Positions 34,576 to 44,400 of a DNA stretch of 64,000 bases are shown here, piece by piece. Made by a program: the position numbers and the translations under genes. Within the stretch, counting starts at the first letter, position 1; every line of letters starts with the position of its first letter. Origin of the DNA: Acidobacteriota bacterium (GTDB lineage: Bacteria; Acidobacteriota; Thermoanaerobaculia; Gp7-AA8); assembly GCA_019244185.1 (NCBI GenBank), contig JAFATB010000014.1, forward strand, positions 544,001 through 608,000. Direction: 5' to 3'. The notes beneath the pieces were generated by a model, which saw only the letters and a program-made list of their open reading frames with translations, was not told the DNA's origin and did not search any database.

Positions 34576-36543
34576 ATGCGTGCCCCCGTGCTCCTCGTTC
34601 TCCTCGCCCTGTTCTCGTTCGTCTCCGTGCTTCACGCCGCGGAGATTCCCGTCTCGGAGACGGTGCAGTACGTTCCCGATCCCGGCGACGACGTCTCGCG
34701 ATTCGTTCCTCAGGTTGCGGCGGGGGATGGATTTCTCGTCGTCTGGGAAGACCGGGTGTTCGCCGGCTATCCGGGCGACGTGCACATTCGCGCGTATGAC
34801 GATGATGGCGCGCCGCGCACACCCGCGGCGACGGTCATCGACAGCGGCCATTCGGCACACGTCGTATGGACCGGCAGCGACTATCTCGTCGTATACGCGA
34901 AGTGGCTCCCGCCCTTCGGCAGTCCGTTTCCGCTGCCGCTCTTCGTGGCGGTGCGCGTGCGCGCGGATGGCTCCGTCGTCGAAGGCTCGCGCGTGGTGGT
35001 TCGCGAAGGTCGCGCAAACGGCGACATCGTGAGTCTGGTGTGGACGGGCGAGAACGCGATGCTGCTCACGAGCGAGCTCGATGGCGCCGGACTCTACTCG
35101 CTCGATGCGTCGGGACATCCGATCGGCGACGCCAGCGCGTCCGTGCGCACGCATCCGCCGGTGGCGATCGCCGCGGCGCCCGGCGCACCGCTCTACTACC
35201 TCGCGCCCGAACGCGGCGACGTCGCGGCGGTGCGGCCGGGCGAGATCGCGGTGCTCGACGACACGGTGCTCGGCACGATCGCGGCGCTTTACGACCTGCA
35301 GGGAGCAGTCGTCGACGCATTCCTGCTCGACGCGGTGCACGGTATGCGCTCGCTCGTGTGGGACGGCGCGGCGTGGGAGGGCGTCTACGCGACGAGCGAT
35401 TCCATCTGCACGGTGCGCTTCACGCGCGCGTCGGACGTCGCGACGCAATGCACCGCCGGCGGTGTGCATCCGCAAACGCCGTCGATCGCCGCGGGACGGA
35501 CGCGCACGTTTCGCGCGTGGACGGAAGGCGACACGCAGTACTCGATCGGCGGTGCACGCGTGATGACCGACAGCGGCATCGCGTCCGTCTCCGTCGCGAA
35601 GAAACGGTTGCCGGCGGCGACTGTCGATGCGAGCGGTCTGCTCGTGGCGTGGATCGAAGCGGAACTCGTCCACATCGGCGGCCTCGCGAACGACGGCAAC
35701 CGCCGCGCGGAGGTCGTGCTCGACGGCGACGCCTCGCTCGTCGCACCGGCGATCGCCGCGGCAGGAACGCAGTCGCTCGTCGTGTGGAGCGGTGACGGCG
35801 AGATTCATGCGGTACGCCTCGACGCGTCCGGACATCCGCTGCCGCCATACCTCGACCTCGGCAGCGGCACGAGTCCCGCCATCGCGACGGATGGCGAGCG
35901 CTGGCTCGTCGCGTGGCAGCGCGACGGCGAGATCGCGACGACGATCGTGTCGGCGAACGGCGATCCGAACGGCGTGTTCGCATTCGCCAGCGACGCGCAG
36001 CCATCGACGCCGTCGGTTACGTTCGCCGACGGGCGCTATCTCATCGTGTGGCGCGAGAACGGCGTCGAAACGACGACCATCGCGGTGGCCGCGCTCGATC
36101 GCAACGGCGCGTCGATCTCCGGAACGGTGCGGCATACCGAGGAAGGACTCACGAGTGGACATCCGCCGGCGATTGCATGCAGCGCGAACGGCTGTCTCGT
36201 CACGTGGTTCGAGCTGACGACGTCGACGCTGCTCGGCGCGGCGCTGTCGCTGGACGGCACGACGCTCGGCGAGCCGCACGCGCTCCTGCCCGGCGACGCA
36301 TTCGCACGCACGATCATCGTCGCGCAGAGCGACGGCACGTTCCGCGTGTACGAGCGCAATCGATACGCGATCGTCGGGCGTGACGCGTCAGTACTCGGCT
36401 CCGCGACGTGGATTGCTGACGATCCGAGTCTCGTGCTCGGCGCGGTGCTTCCGTTCCGCGCGAACAGCGTCGCCGTGTACGAGCGCGCCGGCCCCATTTA
36501 CGTCCGCGACTTCGCGGCACGGACGCGTGCGGTTCGTCATTGA
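34576..36543 (+). CDS. Secreted beta-propeller-like repeat protein ending in RTRAVRH
   Basis: Signal peptide ending VLHA; repeats such as VVWTGSDYLVVY, PAIATDGERWLVAW and PSVTFADGRYLIVW. Confidence 0.8.
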   Translation: MRAPVLLVLLALFSFVSVLHAAEIPVSETVQYVPDPGDDVSRFVPQVAAGDGFLVVWEDRVFAGYPGDVHIRAYDDDGAPRTPAATVIDSGHSAHVVWTGSDYLVVYAKWLPPFGSPFPLPLFVAVRVRADGSVVEGSRVVVREGRANGDIVSLVWTGENAMLLTSELDGAGLYSLDASGHPIGDASASVRTHPPVAIAAAPGAPLYYLAPERGDVAAVRPGEIAVLDDTVLGTIAALYDLQGAVVDAFLLDAVHGMRSLVWDGAAWEGVYATSDSICTVRFTRASDVATQCTAGGVHPQTPSIAAGRTRTFRAWTEGDTQYSIGGARVMTDSGIASVSVAKKRLPAATVDASGLLVAWIEAELVHIGGLANDGNRRAEVVLDGDASLVAPAIAAAGTQSLVVWSGDGEIHAVRLDASGHPLPPYLDLGSGTSPAIATDGERWLVAWQRDGEIATTIVSANGDPNGVFAFASDAQPSTPSVTFADGRYLIVWRENGVETTTIAVAALDRNGASISGTVRHTEEGLTSGHPPAIACSANGCLVTWFELTTSTLLGAALSLDGTTLGEPHALLPGDAFARTIIVAQSDGTFRVYERNRYAIVGRDASVLGSATWIADDPSLVLGAVLPFRANSVAVYERAGPIYVRDFAARTRAVRH

Positions 36544-36564
36544 CGCTGGTGTAAGCTCCGTCGC

Positions 36565-37374
36565 GTGAGCGTGACGGGGTTCTTCACCGACTCGACGCTG
36601 TGCATCGGATGCAAAGCGTGCGAGGTCGCGTGCAAGGAGTGGAACGACGTCCCCGAGGATGGGCTGAAGTTTTCGGGGAACTCGTACGACAACACCATCG
36701 CGCTCGGGCACTCGACGTGGCGGCACGTGAAGTTCGTCGAGCACGAGGCCACGATCGGCGCGGGCGGCAACGCGCCGCGGCTGATGACGTGGCAGTTCTC
36801 GTCGGACGTCTGCAAGCACTGCGAGAACGCGGGCTGCCTCGAGTCGTGTCCGACCGGCTCGATCGTGCGCACGGAGTTCGGCGGCGTCTACGTGCAGCCC
36901 GACATCTGCAACGGCTGCGGCTACTGCGTCGTGAACTGTCCGTTCGGCGTGATCGACCGCCGTCCGACGGACGGCCGCGCGTTCAAGTGCACGTTCTGCT
37001 ACGACCGGCAGCGCGCGGGCGAGCAGCCGGCGTGCGCGAAAGCGTGTCCGACGCAGTCGATTCTCTTCGGCGATCTCGAGGAGTTGCAGCTGGTCGCCGA
37101 CGCGCGCATCGCGAAGCTGCACGCGAACGGGATGACGGACGCGAAGATCTACAACCCAACGGACAGCAGCGTCGGCGGCGTGCACGCGTTCTTCCTCGTG
37201 CGCGGCGACGCGCGCGAGTACAACCTGCCCGCGAATCCGGTCGTGCCGACGGTGTACCTGCGCGACGCGTGGGGCGCGGCGGCCGCGGGCGCGGCGGCGA
37301 TCGCCGCCGGCGCGCTTGTCGTGTTTGCGCTGGGGGGTAAGAAGCGAATGAAGAACGCAGAACGCAGAACGTAG
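36565..37374 (+). CDS. fdnH: Formate dehydrogenase iron-sulfur (beta) subunit
   Basis: CIGCKACEVACKEWN, CKHC...C...CP, CNGCGYC...CP and KCTFCYDR motifs; C-terminal hydrophobic helix. Confidence 0.92.
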   Translation: MSVTGFFTDSTLCIGCKACEVACKEWNDVPEDGLKFSGNSYDNTIALGHSTWRHVKFVEHEATIGAGGNAPRLMTWQFSSDVCKHCENAGCLESCPTGSIVRTEFGGVYVQPDICNGCGYCVVNCPFGVIDRRPTDGRAFKCTFCYDRQRAGEQPACAKACPTQSILFGDLEELQLVADARIAKLHANGMTDAKIYNPTDSSVGGVHAFFLVRGDAREYNLPANPVVPTVYLRDAWGAAAAGAAAIAAGALVVFALGGKKRMKNAERRT

Positions 37375-37436
37375 AATGAAGAAAGGGGCGCGATTGCGTT
37401 CTCAATTCTGCGTTCTGCGTTCTGCGTTCTTCATTC
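37346..37436. repeat. 32-bp inverted repeat built of AGAACGC heptamers
   Basis: 37346-37377 pairs with 37405-37436 (one G-U pair) and ends at the next ATG. Confidence 0.85.
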
Positions 37437-38276
37437 ATGTCTACCTATTACGACCTTCCGCTGCTCAAGCCTCCGGTGTGGACGTGGGAAGTGCCCACGT
37501 ACTTTTTCGTCGGCGGTGCGGCGGGAGCGGCGGCGGCGCTCGGCGCGATCGCGCAGGTGACAGGCGCGGATCAAACACTGGTGCGCGACGCGCGCTGGAT
37601 CGCCGCCGCGGGCGCGACGCTTTCCGCGCCGCTGCTCGTCGCGGACCTCGGCCGTCCCGAGCGTTTTCTGAACATGCTGCGCGTGTTCAAGCTGCAGTCG
37701 CCGATGTCGGTCGGCGCGTGGACGCTCACCGCGTTCGGCAGCGCGTCGAGTGCCGCCGCGTTCGCGGAGCTCGTGCAGCGCCGCACGAATCTGCCGGTGC
37801 GCGTCGTCGGCGATGCGTCCGCGGTCGTCGCCGCGGCGACAGGCCTCGTGATGGCGACTTACACCGGCGTGCTCCTCGGCGCGACGGCGATTCCGGTGTG
37901 GAACGAAAACGTCCGCCTGCTGCCCGTGCACTTCGGCGCGTCCGCTCTCGGCTCGGCAGTCTCGCTGCTGGAACTCCGTGGACATCGCGACCGCGCGCTG
38001 AACGCCCTCGGTCTCGGCACCGCGATCTTCGAGACGCTCGTCGCGGCGTCGCTCGACGCGGGTGACGATCGCGTCAACGCTCCGCTCACGCGCGGACGCA
38101 GCGGCACGCTCGTGCGCCTCGCCGGCGCGCTCTCCGGACCCGTGCCGCTCGCGTTGCGTTTGTTCGGCGCGCGCAAAGCCGCCGCGATCGCGACGCTCGC
38201 CGGCTCGTTGGCGACACGATTCGCGTGGGTCGAGGCGGGGAAGGCGAGCGCGCGCGATCCGCGGGTCGCGTTGTAA
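37437..38276 (+). CDS. NrfD/PsrC family membrane anchor subunit
   Basis: W.WEVPTYFFVGG, DLGRPERF, SPMSVGAW and YTGVLL.ATAIPVW motifs. Confidence 0.9.
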   Translation: MSTYYDLPLLKPPVWTWEVPTYFFVGGAAGAAAALGAIAQVTGADQTLVRDARWIAAAGATLSAPLLVADLGRPERFLNMLRVFKLQSPMSVGAWTLTAFGSASSAAAFAELVQRRTNLPVRVVGDASAVVAAATGLVMATYTGVLLGATAIPVWNENVRLLPVHFGASALGSAVSLLELRGHRDRALNALGLGTAIFETLVAASLDAGDDRVNAPLTRGRSGTLVRLAGALSGPVPLALRLFGARKAAAIATLAGSLATRFAWVEAGKASARDPRVAL

Positions 38277-38287
38277 GTGAGCGCGCG

Positions 38288-38755
38288 CTACGCCGCGATG
38301 CAGCGCGTCGCCGACAACCGATCGGGCAGTGACTGCCGCGAAGGCAAGGCCGCGAGGAGAAAGCCGATGCCGGCCGTGAGCAGCGAGAGATACACCGCCG
38401 CCCATCGCAGCGTCGCGTTGCGCAGCGACATCGCGGAGTCCGACGCGGCGATCACGCGCACGTCGAAGATCGCGCCGCCGATGGTCTTGCCCCACAGCAG
38501 CCACGCGCCGACGAAGTAGTAGTACGAGAGCACGACTACGAAACCGGCGAGCGACGCCACGTGCCGCCAGTCGCTCGGCTCCGGCAGCAGTGGCGAGAGC
38601 GCGAGCACGAGGGCGAAGAAGAGCGAGAGATCGATGAGCAGCGCGAAGAGCCTGCGCATGCGCGGCGCGGCATCGTCGTCATTCGCTTCAGGCAGCGGCG
38701 CGGCCGTGTCGTCGACCACTCCTGGCTCGATCTCGATCTCGTCGAAACGCTGCAT
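38288..38755 (-). CDS. RDD family membrane protein
   Basis: RRLFALLID, GKTIG and DRLS.T motifs. Confidence 0.88.
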   Translation of the reverse strand: MQRFDEIEIEPGVVDDTAAPLPEANDDDAAPRMRRLFALLIDLSLFFALVLALSPLLPEPSDWRHVASLAGFVVVLSYYYFVGAWLLWGKTIGGAIFDVRVIAASDSAMSLRNATLRWAAVYLSLLTAGIGFLLAALPSRQSLPDRLSATRCIAA

Positions 38756-38779
38756 CACACCCTCCCACGCGCTGGCGTT

Positions 38780-40981
38780 TTACGTCGGTTGCCGCAACGG
38801 CAGATATTTTACGTAGATCTGGTAGAGGAGATCCTTCGTCTCGTCCTTGTAGTGGACGGCGAGGTCGCGGCTGCGGCGCGCGAGCTCGTCGTTCGGCTCG
38901 GACTTCAGCACCTCGTCGAACTCGCGGATGGCCTCCTCGGTCTTCTCTTCCTGCAGCGCGGCCGCGCCGAGGTTGAAGTGCGCGTTCACGATCATCCGGG
39001 CGATGTTCTGGTTCTGCGGATCGGCGGCGAGCAGCGGCTGCAGCGCGGCGATGGCGTCGCCGTACTTGCGCTCGTCGAACAGCGTCTTCGCGGCGTCGAG
39101 CTTCGCCACCTGCTGCGCGGCGTTGTCGTACAGGGCCTTCACCTCGGGCGGCAGCGGATGGACTTTCTGCGCGTCGTCGAGGTCCGCCTTCGCGGCGGCG
39201 TAGTCGTGCGCGTTGAACGCGGCCTGCGCGGACGTCACCTTCTGATCGTAGTACTGGCTCGCGGGAACGCCGTCGATGAGCGACGCCGTCTTCGACTTCT
39301 TCTGCTGCAGGTCGGCGATCATGACCAGCGCGCGGTCGTGCTGCGGATCGGTCGCCGGGACGTCCTGCAGCAGCGCGATGGCTTGATCGTACTTGCCGTG
39401 GTTCGCGAGATTGGTCGCGCGCGCGAAGACCGCCTGCGTCGCCACCGGCTGCGGCTCGGCCTCGCCGTGGAAACGCGACCACGCGAACCAGCCCGCGGCG
39501 CCGAGGACGAGCACGCCCACGATCGCGGCGAGCGCGCCCATCGGCAGCTTGCGCGCGGCGGCGGGACGCGCTTTCGACGGCTCGCTCTTCTTCGCCTTCG
39601 CCGCCGCGGGCGCCGCGGCCATCGCGCCGGGATCGGGTGGAATCAGCGGCGCGTCGCCGGTCGCAGGGAGTTCGTCGTCGAACATCCCGAAGTCGAGATC
39701 GTCCGACGCGACCGACGGCGGCGGAATGGCGAGATTGCCCGCGGCGGTGGCGGGACGCCCCGCGGCAGGACGCTGGAGCGTCGCGGTCTCGATGCGGTCG
39801 AGGTAGTCGTGTGCCTGCGCGTTGTGCGGGTCGAGGCGCAGCACTTCGCCGAGCTCGTTGCGCGCGGCGTTGAAGTCGCGGCGGTCGAACGCGGCCGTGG
39901 CCGATGCGAGGCGCGTGTCGAGCTCGTCCTCGATGTCGCGGCGCTTCGACTTCGCGCGCTCGATGCGCTCCGACGCCTGCTCGTTCGTGACGTCGATGAG
40001 GAAGATGCGCGACCAGAGATCGATGGCCTGCTGGTAGTCGCCGGCGTTGTACGCGCGGTCGCCGTCGGTGAGGAACTGCGCGATCTTCTGCTGATCGTCG
40101 TCGCTCGTCGCGATCGAGGCGGTGGTGAAGTCGAACTCGTGCGGCGTACCCTCGACCGGCGCCGCGCCGCCGTCGAACGAGAAGCCGGAGAACGGCGAGT
40201 CGGATGCCGGCGTCGCGGGCGCGTCGAAGGAGAAGTTCGAGAAGTTCGAATCGTCGACCGGAGTGGCGGCGCCGGAGTCGAAGGAGAAGTTCGCGAACGA
40301 CGGCGCGTCGGCGGCCGGTTTCGCGTCTTCCTCGAACGTGAAGCCGAAGTCGGCGGCGGGCGTCGACGCGCGCCCCGTGGCCTGTTGCGTGCGGTCGTCG
40401 ACGACGAACGAAGATGACGGCGGCGGCGGCGGCGCGGGTGCATTCGCGCGCGCGGCGATCGCTTTCCCCACCCGCACGACCTCGGGATGCGTGGCGTCGA
40501 GCGCGCGCGCTTTGTCGAGCTCCATGCGCGCGCCGGCGACGTTGCCGGCGGCGAGCTGCTGATCGCACTTGCGCGCGAACTGCTCGACGAACGGCGCGGC
40601 TTCGAGCTTCTCGCGCGCCTCGTCGCCGAGGAGCCGCGCTTCCTCGTTCATGAGATCGTTCGTGAGGATCTCGCCGGTGATGTGGATGACGCGGTTGAAG
40701 TCGCGCGACGCCATCGCCTGGCGCGCGGCCTCGAGCTGCGGAAGTCCGGGCGCGGCGGCGGTGCCGAGCGAGTCGACGTCGATCGGCGCGGCCGGATTGC
40801 GCGTTTTCTCCAGCAGCTTCTTGGCCGGATCGAACATCGGATCCATCTGCAGGATGAGGTTGCATCCGGCGAGGACGTCCTCGCTGCGGCCCTGCTTGTA
40901 GAGCGCGAGCGTCTGTTGAAACGTCGACGCGACGCGGTCGCGCACGGCCGCGGCCAGCGAGGGGTTGCCAGGGTAGGTCAT
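38780..40981 (-). CDS. TPR-repeat bitopic membrane protein
   Basis: Several TPR-like helical pairs, low-complexity linkers and one TM helix (LAAIVGVLVLGAAGWFAW). Confidence 0.8.
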   Translation of the reverse strand: MTYPGNPSLAAAVRDRVASTFQQTLALYKQGRSEDVLAGCNLILQMDPMFDPAKKLLEKTRNPAAPIDVDSLGTAAAPGLPQLEAARQAMASRDFNRVIHITGEILTNDLMNEEARLLGDEAREKLEAAPFVEQFARKCDQQLAAGNVAGARMELDKARALDATHPEVVRVGKAIAARANAPAPPPPPSSSFVVDDRTQQATGRASTPAADFGFTFEEDAKPAADAPSFANFSFDSGAATPVDDSNFSNFSFDAPATPASDSPFSGFSFDGGAAPVEGTPHEFDFTTASIATSDDDQQKIAQFLTDGDRAYNAGDYQQAIDLWSRIFLIDVTNEQASERIERAKSKRRDIEDELDTRLASATAAFDRRDFNAARNELGEVLRLDPHNAQAHDYLDRIETATLQRPAAGRPATAAGNLAIPPPSVASDDLDFGMFDDELPATGDAPLIPPDPGAMAAAPAAAKAKKSEPSKARPAAARKLPMGALAAIVGVLVLGAAGWFAWSRFHGEAEPQPVATQAVFARATNLANHGKYDQAIALLQDVPATDPQHDRALVMIADLQQKKSKTASLIDGVPASQYYDQKVTSAQAAFNAHDYAAAKADLDDAQKVHPLPPEVKALYDNAAQQVAKLDAAKTLFDERKYGDAIAALQPLLAADPQNQNIARMIVNAHFNLGAAALQEEKTEEAIREFDEVLKSEPNDELARRSRDLAVHYKDETKDLLYQIYVKYLPLRQPT

Positions 40982-41025
40982 CGGTCGCGCGATTATAGCT
41001 ATACTGCGCCGCCAGAAAGGATTGC

Positions 41026-41406
41026 ATGCACATGGATTACGTCGCTACCGACGCCGCGCCGAAAGCGATCGGCCCGTATTCGCAGGCGGTCAAAGCGAAC
41101 GGACTCGTCTTCACGTCCGGACAGATCGCGCTCGACCCGGCGAGCGGCAACCTCATCGACGAGAGCTTCGAGGCGCAGGTCCATCGCGTGTTCCGCAATC
41201 TCGAGGCGGTGCTGCGTGAAGCGGGGAGCGACTTCAGCCGCGTACTGCGCGCGACCGTCTATCTCACCGACCTCGCGAACTTCCAGACGCTGAATACGAT
41301 TTACGCGAGCTACTTCGGCGACCACAAGCCGGCGCGCACGACGGTCGGCGTGGCGCAGTTGCCGAAGGGCGGAGCGGTGGAAATCGACCTGGTTGCTCTT
41401 ACGTAG
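41026..41406 (+). CDS. ridA: RidA/YjgF family enamine deaminase
   Basis: APKAIGPYSQA, SGQIALDP and PART.V.V..LP..VEI motifs. Confidence 0.93.
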   Translation: MHMDYVATDAAPKAIGPYSQAVKANGLVFTSGQIALDPASGNLIDESFEAQVHRVFRNLEAVLREAGSDFSRVLRATVYLTDLANFQTLNTIYASYFGDHKPARTTVGVAQLPKGGAVEIDLVALT

Positions 41407-41461
41407 AGACGCGCTGACGTAGAGACGGCGACGTGGACCGCCGCCGTCTCCGGAAGGATGG

Positions 41462-44400
41462 CTACTGCGCCGGGATGTAAGTCGGTGCCTGCGTCTGCAT
41501 GTCGACCACCGAGCCGTACGCGGTGACGCGGCCGTCGCCGTCGACGACGCGAACGGTGATGCGCGCGTTGTAGATGTTGTCGAGCCCGAAGCTGGTGAGG
41601 ATCGGGATCTGCGTCGACTGGAACGGCGCGAGCGGCACGGTGACGACCGGCGTGATCTTCGAGTCGGGCAGCACGACGGAGACTTCGACCGTCGCGGCGT
41701 GACCGGTGACTTCCGCGAGTCCGAGGTTCGTGCGATAGCGCACCGATTGCTCGGCCTGCAGGATCTGCAGCGTGCGCTCGCCGCTGCCGACCGCTTCGCT
41801 CGGGGTGACGGCGGGGATGAGCTGGCCGAGCGTGCCGCCGGCGGTCTCGTCGTACGTGCGGCCGGTGACGATGAGCGGCGCCGGCGCCGGCGTCGTCACA
41901 TGCACGGCGCCGCCGATGTTCGCGACGCCGAAGAAGGACTGCAGCACGTCGTCGAGCGCTTTCACTTCACCAGGATTCACGGTGAGCGTCTGCGAGGACG
42001 GCGGCGCCGCGGGATCGTTCGGGAAGAACGTGAGCGTCGCCGGCTGCGGCTGCATGCTGCTGTTGAAGATGCGCAGGTCGGTGCGCCAGTGCGCGATGCC
42101 GGTGTCGAGGTTCGCGACGCCGGGCACGATGAAGCGCGTGGCGCCGTCGCTGCCGAGGCGGACGCCGCTCGCGAGCATCGGATCGTTGCTGGCGTTGTCG
42201 ATGACGGACGCGTACGCGGTGACGAGTCCCTCGCCGTCGGTGACCTGCACTTCGACGTGGCCGTTCGCGAGTGAGAGATTGTTTGCGGCGAGGAAGCCGT
42301 TGAGTTGGCGCTGCTCGCCTGCGTTGAGCGAGACCGGAACCTCGAGCAGGCGGTTGCCGCTGCCGTCGAAGACGCTGACGAGGACGTTCGCGGGTTTGCC
42401 GGCGGATTCGACGAGGCCGAGGTTCGTGCGGTAGCTCCCGTTCTGCGCGATCTGCTGCAGCGCGAGGATCGAATGCGTCGCGGCGCCGATGAAGTCGCGG
42501 AAGGGAACCGCGGGGATGAACTGGCCGAGCGTGCCGCCGCTGGCGAGGTTGTACGTACGGCTGGAGACGATTGCGCCGAGCGCGGCGTCGGCGGACAGCG
42601 GCTCGATGACGAGCGTGCCGTTCGACGAATCGCCGAGCGAGCCGATGCCGTACCAGTTGCGCACGATGTCGTCGAGCGCCATCGTCGCGCCGGCATCGAC
42701 GGTGACGATCGTTTCGCGGACGCCGTCGGACGGATCGCCGGTGCCGCGATTGAACGAGAGCCGGAACTGCTGTGCGAGCGCGCCGGTGTTCGCGAGCCGC
42801 ACGTCGCTCTGCCAGTTCGAGTTGACGCCGGCGAGATGGCCGACCGCGGGAATCACGAGTGCGTTGCTGCCTGGAGTCGTGAGCGGCGCGGGATCGACTG
42901 GCGTGACGAGGCTGATCGAGATCGGGATCGAAAGCGTGGTCGAGCCTTGCGACGTCAGGCGGTCGTTCACGCGGACGTCTCCGTAGACGACGAAGATCGT
43001 GCCGGTCCACGTGCCGTTGGGCAGTGACGTCGGATCGGCGGAGATCGTGAGCAGGAGTCCGTCGGGCGTGATGATGCCAGACGTCGGCGTCACGGAAAGC
43101 CACGGCTTGTCGACGGTGGCGATGAACGACGTGCTGCCGGCGGGGAGGCCAGGCACGAAGACCTGGAACGTCACCGCGTGCGTGCTGCCGGCGGGCGCGA
43201 CGACGCTGTGATCGACGCCGCGCGGATCGGGCAGCGGAACGATGACGATGCTCGACGCCGCGGAGAATCCGGCGCTCTGGCCGCACGCGGCGACCCCGCG
43301 CACGCGGTAGAAGAAGCGTTTGGCCTGATCGACGTTCTTCGTGAACGCGCGCGTGTTGCCTTGGACAGTGAACGTGACTGCATCGTCGAACGAATCGCTC
43401 GTCGCTTCCTGCAGTTCGAACGTCGCGCTGCTGTCGGTCGAACTCCACGTGACGTTGTACGTCTGGCCCGTCGTCGCTTCGCCGACGACGCTGACGACCG
43501 GCTTCGGCGGCGTGTTGCAGACGACGAACGGCGACGGCGTCGACGTGATCGAGCCGCAGCCGCTGTCGCCGATCGCGGTGACGCGCGCCGTGTAGGCGCC
43601 ATTCGGCAGCGCGGCGGTGACGAACGGATCGAACGTCGTGAGTACGATCGGAGCGCCGCTGCCCTGAATCGTGACGGTGTAGCTCGTCGCGGCGGCGACG
43701 GGAGTCCAGCGGAACGTGACCGGCGACGTCACCACTGCATCGGCGGCGGGGCTGGTGAGCACCGGCACGTCGCTCGGGCACGTGACGATCTGCAGCGTGC
43801 TCGAGCGCGTGTTGTTCGATGCAACGGGATCGGCCTCGGCGCCGGACACCGTGGACGTGTCGACGATGGTCGTGGACGTCGTCGCGGAGACGAGATACGT
43901 CGTCGTGATGACGGTGCTTAGCGTGGCGTTCAACGTGCCGAGGCTGCAGGGATATGGCGTCGTACAGGCGCCGCTGTTCGAGACGAACGTGAGGCCGGCG
44001 GGCGTCGGATCGCTGACGACGACAGCGGTGGCGTTCGCGGGTCCGTTGTTCGTGACGGTGATGGTGAACGTCACGTGGTCGCCGGGCGCGGCCTGGCTTG
44101 GACCGATGCGCGCGATGGCGAGATCGGCGCTCGCCGGCGGAGGCGGCGGGCCGGTGACGGTGGTCGTCGCGGTGCTGCTGTTGTTCGCGCTGTTGGTGTC
44201 GGGCGTGGAACTGCTGACGGTGGCGGTGTTCGCAACCGAGCCGCTCGCGTAGCTCGCCGGCACGTTGTAGGTCGACGTGATCGTCGCGGTCTGACCGGCG
44301 GTGAGCGTGCCGAGGCCGCACGGATACGAGTTCGTGCAGGCGCCGCTGTTCGCAACGAACGTCACGCCGGCCGGCGTCGGATCGTCGACGAAGATGTTGT

